Position numbers and translations under genes: made by a program
The notes under the pieces: generated by a model
Seen by the model: only the letters and a program-made list of their open reading frames with translations
Database searches by the model: none
What the model was told of the DNA's origin: nothing
In this document: in pieces, positions 45,991-57,227 of the stretch
Layout: each line of letters starts with the position of its first letter
How positions within the stretch are numbered: the stretch's first letter is position 1
Assembly: GCA_965227405.1 (NCBI GenBank)
Contig: OZ245758.1
Coordinates: 3,124,338-3,188,337, forward strand
DNA from: Polyangiales bacterium
GTDB lineage: Bacteria > Myxococcota_A > Polyangia > Polyangiales > Houyiibacteriaceae
Direction of reading: 5' to 3'
Length of the DNA stretch: 64,000 bases

Positions 45991-47270
45991 CTAGCTCTCA
46001 CCTTCAATGAGGCTTGGCCGTTCCAAAACGCGCTCGTCTTGTCGATGCCAACGGCTCAGGAACGACCAGGTTCGGAGCATTGGAGCGAAGTCAAAACGTG
46101 TTCCTCCAAGGAGGTGGTGACCTCCGTCCACACCGAGAAACACCAGCGAGAGATCACCAGCCTCGTGACGCCTTTCGAACGTGAACAGCCCAACGTCTGT
46201 GGTCTCTTCTCGCCCTGCGTCGCCAGTCGCAGCACGAATGTGCGATCGGAGCATGGAGTAGGAGTCTTCAACGCCGAGTACCCGACCACCGTCGGTACTA
46301 ACGTTCTCGAACACACCTCCGCGTTCACCCCACGGGACGAAAGCATCCCCATCGACGGATTCGTCCGGCGTTGGAAACCCGCGACCGGCGACGTAGAGCA
46401 CGGACATGTCGGCGTTTGCGTTTGGTTCGCATCGAGGACGGCCGACTCCCGTGCTCAACGCTTCGGGAAGAACCGCCACGAGGCTAGCCACTGCTGCAAC
46501 ACGTTGGAGTGCTGGGACGTGCGGACCCATTTCGCACAAAATCCGCTGCACCATCATTCCACCGTTGCTGGTGCCGCTGAGATACATGCGCTCCGGATCG
46601 ACGGAGAACGCCTCGACTTCGGCCAGGAGGGTTTCGACGACGTGATCGAGGAACCCAACATCATCGCGGAGCTCCTCATCGGTGCCAAACCCAGGGCTGG
46701 GAATGCGTCCATCTTCCCAGTGGCGACCACTGCTATCTGCTTCAACGATCCCCTCAGGGAAGACCAACAGCACTGGCTCCACACTTTCTGCAGCGACGGT
46801 TTCTGGTGTGCAGGGCTCCCCCTCGGAGTCCACAAACCCGGTTGGGCGACGGTAAGGGTCGAACTGACACTCGTTGGTGTTCCGCTGCCAAAAAAGGGGC
46901 TCGCCTCGAACGATCGGGTAGCCCGAAAACGTTTCGATCATCCGTTGCGCGCTTCCTGCTCCGCCGTGCAGATGAATCCACACAGGTGCATGGGCGCCAA
47001 GATTCTCGGGGACGAAGACGTAGAACGTGCGTTCATGAACGGTGTCTTCGAAGGTTTCCTCGACGTCGAAACGCAGTAGGTCTCCTCCCGTGGGCCAATC
47101 GTCGCACTCGGATTCGCATCGGTGTGGTTCGCTACGAAGGGTCTGAAAAGGCGGAGCACCAGCGTCCATTCCAGCGTCAGCAGTGAACGTGTCAGAAAGG
47201 TTTGCATCTGGTGCGTCAGCCAACATCGGCGAGTTGCAGGCGATGAGCAGAGCAAGCGGGAGATGGGATC
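45991..47270 (-). CDS. Secreted alpha/beta-hydrolase esterase lipoprotein (PHB-depolymerase/LpqC-like)
   Basis: Likely GTG start (VTRSHLPLALLIACNSP lipobox). WIHLHGGAGSAQRM and GxSxG nucleophile elbow LSGTSNGGMM. Confidence 0.55.
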
Positions 47271-47443
47271 GGGTCACCTCGGAACCCTTTGCAACGGCTG
47301 TGCCTTCGACCCCACCGGATGCATCGCGAACGATGTGTGGATCGTTGTCGACAGACTGATGCAGGCGTGCACCGGGGATGGGTCTGGATCGGGTGCGAAG
47401 TGCACGTCGCGAAGGAGGCCCAGTTCTTGAAATGCCCAGTGAG

Positions 47444-49112
47444 CATGACGAAATCTTCTCTCCTGGCCCTGTTCGCACTCGCTGCCTGCGACTCACCCTC
47501 CACCAACCCAGACGCGGAGCTACCCGATTCAGCAGTGTCGGACGCCGGTATGCTGTTCGATGCTTCGAGCGACGTCGGCGAAGGAACCGATGCTTCGATG
47601 GATGCATCTGTGCCGCCGCCTCCTCCTGGTGTTCCTCAGGTTTCGGCAGCAGGAGGACACATTCGTGGAACGCGTGAGGCTGGCATCGAGAGTTTCTTGG
47701 GAATCCGCTACGGCGAACCGCCGACCGGCGAGCAACGCTTTCGTGCTCCTGTGCCGCATGTCCTCGATGGCATTGTCGAGGCAACCGACGTTGGCGTTGG
47801 GTGCCCCGGTGGGAGTCGGTCATCCGACGGTGATGAGGACTGCTTGAAGTTGAGTGTTTGGCGCTCCGAACCAGAGGAGGGTGACGCTCTGAAGCCTGTC
47901 ATGGTGTTCATCCATGGTGGTGCGTTCGTGACCGGATTCTACGGAGACTCCACCTACGAAGGTCAGAACCTCGTTACGCGAGACGTGATCTTAGTGAACA
48001 TCGACTACCGAATCGGATTGCTCGGATGGCTGGCGACGGACGCGTTGGCGGAAGAAGCTGGCAGCGCAGGAAACTACGGTCTGCGAGACCAGGTGCTCGC
48101 GTTGCAATGGGTGCGCGACAACATCCGCGCCTTTGGTGGTGACCCCGACAACGTGACGATCTTTGGCGAGTCGTCTGGGGGAATGTCGGTCTGTGCGTTG
48201 CTTGCCACGCCAAGCGCAGAGGGGCTGTTTCATCGCGCGATTTCACAAAGCGCAGTGGGATGTCACTACCCGAGCCCATCGGAATACCATCAGGTCGGTG
48301 ATGACCTCGCAGCAGCTGCGGGGTGTCCGGATGGTGACCTGGCGTGCCTCCGTGCTGCACCCACATCCGCGCTGTTGGACGCCGCGTCCACTGTCACGGG
48401 AGGCCTGATGGGAGGACCCCGCCTGCGACCGGTGTCCGACGGGATCCTCTTGGAGCGTCGCCGTCTCGATACCCCGGATGGCATCGATGTTCCGCTACTG
48501 ATCGGGTCAAATCTTGATGAAGGCGACGGGTTCGTGGGTCAGCGAGCTGGTGATGTGTCCGATGAGGCGAGTTACCGGGAGTACCTGACGTCGCAATTTG
48601 AGGTCTACTTTGGCGAGCCGCGTCCTGAGCTGGTGAACGACATCATGGCGCTCTACCCGGTGTCGGAAGGCGTAGCTGAGGGGCGGCGCTGGACCGCCGC
48701 ACAAGATGCGCTCGGACGTTTCTGGACCGACACCGCGTTTCGATGTCCTGCGATCGACACAGCGATGATCCACACCACTGCAGGGTCACCAACCTACCTC
48801 TTTGAGTTCCGCCGACCCGTCCAAGTTGGCTTTGGGCGACCGATTGCGGGACACGGTTACGAACTCTTCTACGTGTTCGGGAACTTCCCCTCAATGACGC
48901 CTCCCAGTCCGGAAGACCTGGCACTTGCGGCCCAGATGCAGGACATCTGGACACAGTTCGCGCATCGGGGTCGAATCGATGCTGTGGATGAGTTTACGTT
49001 GAGCGGTACCAATCGTTTGGTGTTCGACGAGAGTGTCACCATGGACGATGCAGCTTCTGCAATCGCAGACTGCGATGCGTTGGTGGCCACCGGGATGCCG
49101 CTCGGATCGTGA
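47444..49112 (+). CDS. Carboxylesterase type B family lipoprotein
   Basis: MTKSSLLALFALAACDSP lipobox. EDCLKLSVW, VFIHGGAFVTG oxyanion region, IFGESSGGMSV (GESxG). Confidence 0.8.
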
Positions 49113-50641
49113 GGTACCCTTGTCGGATGCGAAGGGTCGCGATGTTGACGCTCTTGCTTGCGTGCGACCCTTCACTTGGCTGGACGGTGGCCTCGACTTG
49201 TGAAGGGCAGGTCGCTCTTGCCGTCGAGACCGGTGATTGCGGAAGCCGATCGGGTGCACCGACCCAATCCACCAACGATGGCGAACTCACGATCGAGAAC
49301 ATCGAGCCGGGCCTCTATTGCTTGTCCACTCTTGCGTACGTGTCTTCCGACACGCGATCGACAAGTACGAATGGGTTCGACTGTCGTTTGCTCGATGTGG
49401 ACTCGCAAACGCGCAACCTACCCATGGAGCGTTCGTCGTTGGTCGCGACGCTGACCTGTTCTGAACCTCCGGTGCCGAGCGCCGCTTTGGACACGCTCTT
49501 GGAAGAAGTCGCGGGTTGTTCTCCTGCGTGTGATGTCGAGAGGTGTACGTGCTCGGCGAGTTGTGTGGAGCAAGGGACAGGGGAGTGTCCCGCTCCGGTA
49601 CGTGGTCGGCAGTTGGCGATCTCGGACAACTTCGTCTGCGCCTTGGCGGTGGATAGTCGAGGGCTCAGCTGTTGGGGGACGGGGTTGGCGCCAGGAACGC
49701 ACCTTGGCGCTGCCTTGGGAGAGGCCCCTGGTGTTGCTCGGTACTTTGATGTCGACACACTTCGCGTTGATCCACCAACAGAAGAAGACGACCGCAGAAT
49801 CTTCACCATGGCCGCCGATGAAGATCGTTTGTGCTTCAATCTTCGAAAGAGCATTGAGTGCGTCGACGTGCAGACACATTCTCTGGCGAGCGAGGTCGTG
49901 GATGCAACGGCCCCCACCCGGATCGCGGTCAGCTCGAACGTGTTCTGCGTCGGAGAGGCGAACCCCAACTGCGTTGCAAGTGGCGATGACATGCCTGCAA
50001 GGTTCCTCGACAGCGCCTTTCGCGGTGGCAACGAAGTAACCGGAACGAGCGGCGAGATCTGTTCAATCGTCGGTGGGCAGGTGGTGTGTGCGACACCTAC
50101 GAGACTGCCGCCGCGACGCTGCACCGATCGTTCGTGCCCAAGCGGTTTGATCTGTGTTGAACAGGAGCGCGGAGAATCGGTCTGTCAGACGCCACCCATC
50201 GACCTGCCCGTCACAATCGCTCTTGACTCTGGCTGGGGACGGAACTGCGTCGTCACCTCAATGCGAGACGTTCGCTGCTGGGAGAGTGGTGAATTGTCTC
50301 CGCGTACGGTCCAACGCGAGGCCGAGGGTGAACTGAAAGCTTTGGATGTGTCGGTTGGCGAAGATCACATCTGTGTTCTGCGCAATGAAGGTGGCGTCGA
50401 GTGTGGGAGGCTTTCACTGTCAGGTGACGAGTACCGATTTGCATCGGCAGAGCTACTCGACGTCGAAAACGTCGGTGACTTCGTCGCCGGTCCTGACGGA
50501 GTGAGCTGCGTGATCCGACTTGATGATTCGGCCGTGGTTTGCTCACAACTCGCGGACTTCGTCGTCGACGGGACACCCAGTCCTTTGCTCGGAATTGGGA
50601 ACACCTCGACGCTCGACCCCAATCCTCCGGTGTGTCCATGA
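49109..50641 (+). CDS. Cys-rich secreted lipoprotein, hypothetical
   Basis: MRRVAMLTLLLACDPS lipobox. Repeated ...C.ES/C.GE... segments. ATGA overlap with the esterase gene. Confidence 0.5.
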   Translation: MRYPCRMRRVAMLTLLLACDPSLGWTVASTCEGQVALAVETGDCGSRSGAPTQSTNDGELTIENIEPGLYCLSTLAYVSSDTRSTSTNGFDCRLLDVDSQTRNLPMERSSLVATLTCSEPPVPSAALDTLLEEVAGCSPACDVERCTCSASCVEQGTGECPAPVRGRQLAISDNFVCALAVDSRGLSCWGTGLAPGTHLGAALGEAPGVARYFDVDTLRVDPPTEEDDRRIFTMAADEDRLCFNLRKSIECVDVQTHSLASEVVDATAPTRIAVSSNVFCVGEANPNCVASGDDMPARFLDSAFRGGNEVTGTSGEICSIVGGQVVCATPTRLPPRRCTDRSCPSGLICVEQERGESVCQTPPIDLPVTIALDSGWGRNCVVTSMRDVRCWESGELSPRTVQREAEGELKALDVSVGEDHICVLRNEGGVECGRLSLSGDEYRFASAELLDVENVGDFVAGPDGVSCVIRLDDSAVVCSQLADFVVDGTPSPLLGIGNTSTLDPNPPVCP

Positions 50642-51477
50642 GGTTGACGGCATTGTTGTTGAGCTTGTTCAGCATCCCTGGATTCGCTCAGTCTCCCGGC
50701 TCCGAAGTCGAAGAAGTTGAGCAAGACGCGCAACGCCAGGACACTCAGCACGAACCGACCACTGCTGAAGAGTTCCTTGTCGCCATCGACCAAGCGCTTG
50801 CTGATGAGGCTATCCAACAGGCAAGTACGTTGCTCGACCAAGCGTTTCAGTGTGAAACGATCAGTCGGGCGCAGCTCTCTCGGATGACCCAGTTGCGCGC
50901 AGCGTTTGCCTACGCAAATGGTGAGCTCGGTCAGTTGGAGCGTTCACTCGCTGGCCTTGCAACCCTCGATGCAGAGCTCGAGGCGGGACTTGCGCCACCT
51001 CCGGTCCAAGCACGCTATGCCGAAGTGCGTGAGAGCAGTCCCGAGCTCGCCCTGGATGTAGAAGTCGCGAGCGAAGTCGTCGACGGTGTTCGGGTTGCGC
51101 GTTTGGTTTCCCGGGTGGATGGCGATCCGGGTCGGTTGGTGCACGGCGTTCGAATCCGCGCTGCGCTTGAGGGTGCACCACTGCGTCTTCTCGGCTCAGA
51201 CGACCAACTTGAGCTTGGCGACCCACACGAGCCGATCAATCTCGACTTCACCCTCGAAGCGTTGGGTGTCGGAGGCGCGGTCGTGGGTCGTCGCGGAGCA
51301 CCGGACTCCCCGGTTTCGTTGCACGTCGAAGCGCTCCCCAAAGATCGAACATTTCTGTATGTCACTCTCGCGACAATCGCTGTTGTGGTCGTCGCAGGAG
51401 CAATTGGGTTTGGGTTTGCGTGGGTGCTCACCGACGGTTTCACCCGCGGGGATGACACGGAGGTAAGCGTGCGATGA
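50638..51477 (+). CDS. Secreted protein with signal peptide and C-terminal TM anchor
   Basis: MRLTALLLSLFSIPGFAQS signal. C-terminal TM LYVTLATIAVVVVAGAIGFGFAWVL. Overlaps the upstream stop. Confidence 0.5.
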   Translation: MRLTALLLSLFSIPGFAQSPGSEVEEVEQDAQRQDTQHEPTTAEEFLVAIDQALADEAIQQASTLLDQAFQCETISRAQLSRMTQLRAAFAYANGELGQLERSLAGLATLDAELEAGLAPPPVQARYAEVRESSPELALDVEVASEVVDGVRVARLVSRVDGDPGRLVHGVRIRAALEGAPLRLLGSDDQLELGDPHEPINLDFTLEALGVGGAVVGRRGAPDSPVSLHVEALPKDRTFLYVTLATIAVVVVAGAIGFGFAWVLTDGFTRGDDTEVSVR

Positions 51478-51480
51478 CGC

Positions 51481-53124
51481 CTACCTCGGCTGAAAATGCA
51501 GCCGGAGATTGAGTCGTTGGCCGGGAGCTAACGGGATGACTTTGCGAACGAGCCTGTCTGGGACCTGCGCGGCGCTGTCCGCATACGGAATCTGATAGAT
51601 CGTGTACTCGCCCGGTGGTCGACTTCGCCTTGCTGGCACCAGCCCTCCGACAGCTCGGTTCCTACCTGCACAGTTGTCGATACAAACGGCGATACCGTTC
51701 GGAACCACAAACTCTCCCGGCGGTCCTTCGAGCGGTGGTTCTGCCTCGCGGACTTCCTCCATCGGTTGCATCTGCGGTGGCCGTCGCGGTTCATCCCGCG
51801 GCGATGTCTCCATCTCGGAGGGACCAGTCGACATGGTTGGTCGCACCGGTTCTTGGGTCGGTTCCGAAGGCGGAGTCTCTTGGACCGGTTCCGAAGCGGG
51901 AGTCTCTTCCGCAGGCTCACCAGGAGTCGTGGGTTCAGGAGGCGTCCCAACTGCAGCGAGCTCTTCGGCACCCTCGGCTTCGGTGGAAGCCGTTGCTGTT
52001 GTATCTGAGGGCCATGCCGCCCATGTACCGACGCTCAACAGAACCAGCGTGCTGAGGATGATGGGCAGCGTTCGAGAGCGCCGCGGTCGTTGAATGTTGG
52101 TCCGCGACAACCGCTCTGAAACGTCGATCGAGATTTCCTCGAGCGTACCTTCCACCGGTTCCGGTTGGGCCCGCTTCGGTGCGTCACTCTTCTCGTCGTC
52201 TCTGGCAAGGAGAGCGTCTGCATAAGTTTGGCGTTCGCGTCGCGACATCGGGCCACCGAGTGGCTGGAGTGCAAGTTGAAGCCGATCCGCATACTCCAGT
52301 GCAGTGGATGGTCTGTCGTTGGGGTCTCGTTGCAGTGCGATCAACGCGATGTCGCACGGGAGATCTGCGAGCGAAGGTCTGATCTCATCGGGACGGGGGA
52401 TCGGTCCGTTGAGGACGGCAAGTATCGTTTCTGGCTGCGTCGCGCGACGAAAGAGCGGACGCAAGGTCAGAAGCTGGTGATGAATCACACCAAGCGCCCA
52501 AATGTCTGACCGGCGCTCAGCACGTCCGTGTGTTTGCTCGGGTGACATGTACGAGAACTTGCCTTTGACCTCATCCGGCATGGTTTGGTGGATGCGATTG
52601 CGTGCTTTGGCGATGCCAAAATCCAGCACCTTCACTTCGCCGGCGTTGGTCAGAAACAAGTTCGACGGAGAGACATCACGATGGACGATCTCCAAAGGTT
52701 CTCCATCCTCGTTTCTCGCTTCGTGCGCCGCATGAAGACCTTCGGCCGCTTCGATGATCAGCGTGGTGACGAAGCGGAAGCAGTCTTGGTCACTTGGAGC
52801 CCGCGTCACGAGAGCCTTGAGCACGCGGAGTACTGTGGTTCCCGTCAGCAGCTCCATGACGATGAATGCACCATCTGCGCCGTCTCCATAGTCCAAGATG
52901 CGGCAGACGTTCGGATGATTGATCTGCGAAACGATCCGCGCCTCGTCCAAGAACATCTCGCGAAAGCTGACGTCCTTGGACAAGTGCGGGTGAATGCGCT
53001 TTAGCGCGACCGTGCGACCAACACCGGCGGTCGTGGCGCGGGCTTCATAGACGGTAGCCATTCCGCCTGAAGCGAGCTCCCGAACGAGTTCGTATCGACC
53101 TTCTGTGGTGACGACCACACTCAC
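51481..53124 (-). CDS. Hanks-type Ser/Thr protein kinase with Pro/Glu-rich linker and C-terminal domain
   Basis: ELASGGMATVYEA, VALKRI, HRDVSPSNLFL, DFGIAKA, SPEQ. Confidence 0.9.
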   Translation of the reverse strand: MSVVVTTEGRYELVRELASGGMATVYEARATTAGVGRTVALKRIHPHLSKDVSFREMFLDEARIVSQINHPNVCRILDYGDGADGAFIVMELLTGTTVLRVLKALVTRAPSDQDCFRFVTTLIIEAAEGLHAAHEARNEDGEPLEIVHRDVSPSNLFLTNAGEVKVLDFGIAKARNRIHQTMPDEVKGKFSYMSPEQTHGRAERRSDIWALGVIHHQLLTLRPLFRRATQPETILAVLNGPIPRPDEIRPSLADLPCDIALIALQRDPNDRPSTALEYADRLQLALQPLGGPMSRRERQTYADALLARDDEKSDAPKRAQPEPVEGTLEEISIDVSERLSRTNIQRPRRSRTLPIILSTLVLLSVGTWAAWPSDTTATASTEAEGAEELAAVGTPPEPTTPGEPAEETPASEPVQETPPSEPTQEPVRPTMSTGPSEMETSPRDEPRRPPQMQPMEEVREAEPPLEGPPGEFVVPNGIAVCIDNCAGRNRAVGGLVPARRSRPPGEYTIYQIPYADSAAQVPDRLVRKVIPLAPGQRLNLRLHFQPR

Positions 53125-53148
53125 GCGTGGTCGAGATTATCACGACTA

Positions 53149-55071
53149 CTACGACTCAGACTTCTCGGACTTCTCAGACTTCTCGGACTTCACGACGCGG
53201 ATCGACAGCTCTTCGAGCTGGTTGTCGTCCACAAGTCCCGGTGCGCCGGTCATCAAATCGTTGGCGCGCTGGGTCTTGGGGAACGCGATCACATCGCGAA
53301 TCGACTCGGTCTGGCACGCGAGCATTGCGACGCGGTCCATGCCAAAGGCGATGCCCCCATGCGGAGGTGCACCGTAGGTCAACGCGTCCAGGAGGAAACC
53401 AAACTTGTCGCGTGCGTCTTCGTCCGTCAGGCCGATGACTTCGAACACCTTGGCTTGAACGTCGGGTTTGTGCAGACGAATGGAACCACCGGCGATCTCG
53501 AACCCGTTGAGCACGAGGTCGTAGCGGTAGCACTTCACCATGCCGGGGTCGGTGCCGAGCTTCTCGACATCTTCGTCGTGGGGACGCGTGAACACGTGGT
53601 GAGCCGCAGCCCAACCGTCGCCGTCTCGCTCAAAGAGCGGTGGCTCGACCACCCACAGGAAGTTCCAGTCTCCGTCGGTGCCAACCTCGGGAATCATCCC
53701 GAACTTCTTGCCGAGGTGAACGCGAAGCTTGTCCATGACGGTGTGCACGACACCTTCGGGACCAAACTGGAAGAGCAGGAGGTCGCCAGCTTCAGCGCCG
53801 CACGCCTTGTTGATCGCGAGCCGAAGTTCGTCGCTGATCGTCTTGGCAAAGGGGCTCTGCGTCCACGCACCGTCTTCGTTGACCTTGGCGCGCGCCAGGC
53901 CCTTGGCGCCGTTTTGCTTGCAGAGCTTCTCCAGCAAGTCGGTGTCCTTGCGGCTGAGCTTGTGCTCGGCCGGGACGCGGATCGCTTTGACGATCTCTTC
54001 GGGCAGTTCGAGTCGGTAGGTGCCGTCCTTGAACTTGCTGGCAAGAGGCTCCAGCAGCGGCACGCCACCACCGCCGTGCTCCACAATGAGCTCGGTCAAC
54101 TCGATGTGCTCGAGTCCGAAACGCATGTCGGGCTTGTCGTTTCCGAAGCGGCGCATCGACTCGTAGAAGTTGAGCCGCGGGAACTTCCCGTCGGGATAAC
54201 GCTCGGTGAGATCGACGCCCAGTTCCTTCCACAGACGCACCACGAGGCCTTCGAGCATCGTGAAGAGGTCGTCCTGGTTGATGAACGACATCTCGATGTC
54301 GATCTGGGTGAACTCGGGCTGACGGTCGATGCGCAGCGCTTCGTCGCGGAAGCAGCGCACGATCTGGAAGTAGCGGTCGTAGCCACCCACCATCAGCAGC
54401 TGCTTGTAGAGCTGCGGACTTTCGGCGAGTGCGTACATGCTTCCTGGGTAGAGCCGCGCAGGCACCAAGAAGTTTCGTGCACCACCTGGGGTGTACTTCA
54501 CCAGGTAGGGCGTTTCGACTTCGAGAAACCCGTTGGCGTGAAAGTACTCGCGCGTGGCTTGGTTGAGCTTGGACCGAAGAACCAAGTTCTTCTGCAGCTG
54601 CGGACGACGAAGGTCGAGGTAGCGGTACGCGAGACGCTTGTCCTCGTTGGTGTCGATGTCGTCTTCGATCTGGAAGGGCGGGGTTTGCGCTTCGTTGAAG
54701 ATCGCCATCTCGAGCGCGACAACTTCGATCGCGCCGGTGGCCAGGTTCGGGTTGTGCAGCGAGCCGCCGTCGTCTTTGGTTCCGCGATCACGCACTTTGC
54801 CGCGGATGCCGAGGCACCACTCGCCGCGTGCGCGATCCGCCTCGGGGAACTTCGTCGCGGGATCGAATACAACCTGGGTCAGTCCCTCGCGATCGCGAAG
54901 GTCGATGAAGATGCAGCCGCCGTGATCTCGGCGGTTGTGAACCCAGCCAAAGAGGACAACCTCTTGGTCGATGTGATCTTGGCGAAGCTCTCCGCAGGTG
55001 TGGGTTCGCTTCAGCTCGTCGATAAATCGCGCCACGCTTCGTGTGCCTTTCCGTCCGCGGGACCAGCGCAC
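53149..55071 (-). CDS. aspS: Aspartate--tRNA ligase with an unusual C-terminal (SEK)n tail
   Basis: N-terminal OB fold RTHTCGELR...VVLFGWVHNRRDHGGCIFIDLRDREG. Class II motifs FQIVRCFRDEALR, GGSIRLH, GAPPHGGIAFGMDR. Start may be a GTG ~36 nt inside the ATG. Confidence 0.9.
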   Translation of the reverse strand: MRWSRGRKGTRSVARFIDELKRTHTCGELRQDHIDQEVVLFGWVHNRRDHGGCIFIDLRDREGLTQVVFDPATKFPEADRARGEWCLGIRGKVRDRGTKDDGGSLHNPNLATGAIEVVALEMAIFNEAQTPPFQIEDDIDTNEDKRLAYRYLDLRRPQLQKNLVLRSKLNQATREYFHANGFLEVETPYLVKYTPGGARNFLVPARLYPGSMYALAESPQLYKQLLMVGGYDRYFQIVRCFRDEALRIDRQPEFTQIDIEMSFINQDDLFTMLEGLVVRLWKELGVDLTERYPDGKFPRLNFYESMRRFGNDKPDMRFGLEHIELTELIVEHGGGGVPLLEPLASKFKDGTYRLELPEEIVKAIRVPAEHKLSRKDTDLLEKLCKQNGAKGLARAKVNEDGAWTQSPFAKTISDELRLAINKACGAEAGDLLLFQFGPEGVVHTVMDKLRVHLGKKFGMIPEVGTDGDWNFLWVVEPPLFERDGDGWAAAHHVFTRPHDEDVEKLGTDPGMVKCYRYDLVLNGFEIAGGSIRLHKPDVQAKVFEVIGLTDEDARDKFGFLLDALTYGAPPHGGIAFGMDRVAMLACQTESIRDVIAFPKTQRANDLMTGAPGLVDDNQLEELSIRVVKSEKSEKSEKSES

Positions 55072-55136
55072 GGTAGTCCCGGCCGCACGGAGGTCAAGCC
55101 GTCGAGATCACAGAGATCTGCGCTAGAGTCCGCCGC

Positions 55137-56096
55137 ATGTGGCGTTTGGCCATCGTGATCCTGGTCGCTTGCGCAGGCAGTCCGCGTCGCGACCTGCCGC
55201 CGGCTCCACCGGGCGCACAGGAGGTTCTGCTCGACGCCGGGTATCGAGTCGCGTGGCCGTGGGTTGCGGTGCGTCTGGACGCGCGAGGCACCCGCACCGA
55301 CGAGCACTACCTGCGAGCGGGACAATGCCTGGCGGTGATCGTCTCGGATCCCTCGATTCAGATCGAAGCGGGCGGCGCGACGGGGCTTTCGACCGCCCAA
55401 GGTTCGTGGCTGGTGGGTTGCGTGCCCACCGACGGGCCAGTGCCGGTGACCTTGCAGGGCGAGGGGCGCGGACGCGTGGTGGTGGGTCTCTTCATCGGGA
55501 TGCCTGAAGCGAACGCTCACGTCCTGCTCGCCGAACACTTTCGGTACGCCGTGCCCGAGGCCGAACAAGTCCCCACGACACTTCTGATGCAGGAGAACGC
55601 GTGTGGCGAAGACGAGGCCCGTGGGCATTATCAACGCGGCATGGAACTCGCGCGCGAAGAGAAGTTTGCGGAGGCGGGTGACGCCTTGGCATTGGCATAC
55701 GCGTGTCATGCGGACGGAACGATCCTGTTCAACCTTGCGACGGTGACTGCGCAGCGCGGTCGTGAACAGGAAGCGCGGGAAATGTTTGTTCAGCTGCTGC
55801 GCGACCATTCGAACTTGCCGGATGAACGGCGGACTCAAGTTCAAGAGTCGCTCGATCGGCTTCTCCGGCCAGGCACAATTCGCATTCGGGTCGCTCGCGG
55901 GGATCAGCTTTTCGTCAACGAGGTTCGCTGCTCGTTCGAAGGCCAGCATGCCGAGGTGGTCGCGATGCCGGGTAGCCATCGCGTGTTGCTACGCAGTCCG
56001 GACGGAGAACGCCACGAGGTGCGCGTGCAGCTACGTTCCACGCAGACCGTCGAGATCGATCCTCGACTCTGGGTGTCCACCGCCGAGAGCGAATGA
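55137..56096 (+). CDS. Secreted lipoprotein, kinase-linked paralog family member 1 (N-terminal beta domain, TPR-like helical block, C-terminal beta domain)
   Basis: MWRLAIVILVACAGSP lipobox. Conserved block GDALALAYACHADGTILFNLATVTAQRGREQEAREMFVQLLRDH shared with 56181..57224. Confidence 0.6.
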   Translation: MWRLAIVILVACAGSPRRDLPPAPPGAQEVLLDAGYRVAWPWVAVRLDARGTRTDEHYLRAGQCLAVIVSDPSIQIEAGGATGLSTAQGSWLVGCVPTDGPVPVTLQGEGRGRVVVGLFIGMPEANAHVLLAEHFRYAVPEAEQVPTTLLMQENACGEDEARGHYQRGMELAREEKFAEAGDALALAYACHADGTILFNLATVTAQRGREQEAREMFVQLLRDHSNLPDERRTQVQESLDRLLRPGTIRIRVARGDQLFVNEVRCSFEGQHAEVVAMPGSHRVLLRSPDGERHEVRVQLRSTQTVEIDPRLWVSTAESE

Positions 56097-56180
56097 TCCT
56101 AAGCGGTGGCTGAAAAAACGGTGCCGGCGCACGCGTCTTCCCAAGACCTGAGCAGGTGAACGTGCAAGAGTGCGAGCACG

Positions 56181-57224
56181 GTGAGATCGCTTGCGCTCAG
56201 CGTTTGTTTGGCCTGCGGCGGCACGGCAGCAGCAGGCCCTGGACTTCAAGCCACGTTGCGTGACGTGAACTCCGGTCTGCGCAACGAAGGGCTGATCCTC
56301 CACGAAGATGGCTGGCTCGAGTTGACGCTCAGCGACGACGGGTGGACGCGCTCGCATGAGCTCGAGCCCAACAGTTGCCTGACGGCTGTTGCGCTGAGCG
56401 ATGAACTGGTGTCGGTCCACGTCGGCCTCCAGGAAAGCGAGCAATCCGACGGTGCGTCGTGGATCTCGGTTTGCGCAGAGGACGACGCACGCAGCATGGA
56501 CGTGCGCTTGGAAGGGCCGCCCGAGACAGCGGTTGCGTTTGCGTTGTTCACGGGTCCAGTCGGCGGCGACGCGTTTGCACGCTCGTACTTTCAAACCGAC
56601 ACCCCACCGGAAATCATGGAGCCGGTAGCTGCAGAACCCACGCCGAGTGAACCCGAGACACTGGTCCTTCCAACACCCACGCCCACGCCTACCGAGCGCT
56701 GCGACGATGACGAAGCGCGCGAGCACTACCGGCGGGGAATGCGCTTTGCCCGTGAGAACGAACTCGGTCGCGCCGCCGATGCACTTGCTTTGGCGTACGC
56801 ATGTCACGCCGATGGGACGATCTTGTTCAACCTCGCAAGCGTGACTGCACAGCAGGGAAATCTAGAAGAGGCACGCCAAATGTTTGTGCAGCTTCTTCGT
56901 GATCACCCCAACGTTCCCGATGCTTTGCGGGCTGAAGTCGACTCGGCCTTGGACTCTCTTCGGCGCCCGGGCACTCTGATCGTATCGGTGCGACGCGGTG
57001 ACCAGGTTTTCATCAACGGAGTGGAAGTCGAGGCTGGCAATCGGAATCAGAATCAGCGCCGACGTCGACTTCGCGTGCGAGTGCTGCCAGGCACTCACCG
57101 CATCGTTGTGCGCTCCGGTGCCCGACGGTTCAACGCAGAGGTGCGAACCGAGGGTCGAGACGAAGTCAGCGTGGACCCGCGAAACGCGAGCAACCGAAGT
57201 AGCGGCCCGCCGGAGTCGCGTTAG
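56181..57224 (+). CDS. Secreted lipoprotein, kinase-linked paralog family member 2
   Basis: GTG start, VRSLALSVCLACGG lipobox. ADALALAYACHADGTILFNLASVTAQQGNLEEARQMFVQLLRDH. Stop lies 3 nt before the kinase ATG. Confidence 0.6.
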   Translation: MRSLALSVCLACGGTAAAGPGLQATLRDVNSGLRNEGLILHEDGWLELTLSDDGWTRSHELEPNSCLTAVALSDELVSVHVGLQESEQSDGASWISVCAEDDARSMDVRLEGPPETAVAFALFTGPVGGDAFARSYFQTDTPPEIMEPVAAEPTPSEPETLVLPTPTPTPTERCDDDEAREHYRRGMRFARENELGRAADALALAYACHADGTILFNLASVTAQQGNLEEARQMFVQLLRDHPNVPDALRAEVDSALDSLRRPGTLIVSVRRGDQVFINGVEVEAGNRNQNQRRRRLRVRVLPGTHRIVVRSGARRFNAEVRTEGRDEVSVDPRNASNRSSGPPESR

Positions 57225-57227
57225 CCC

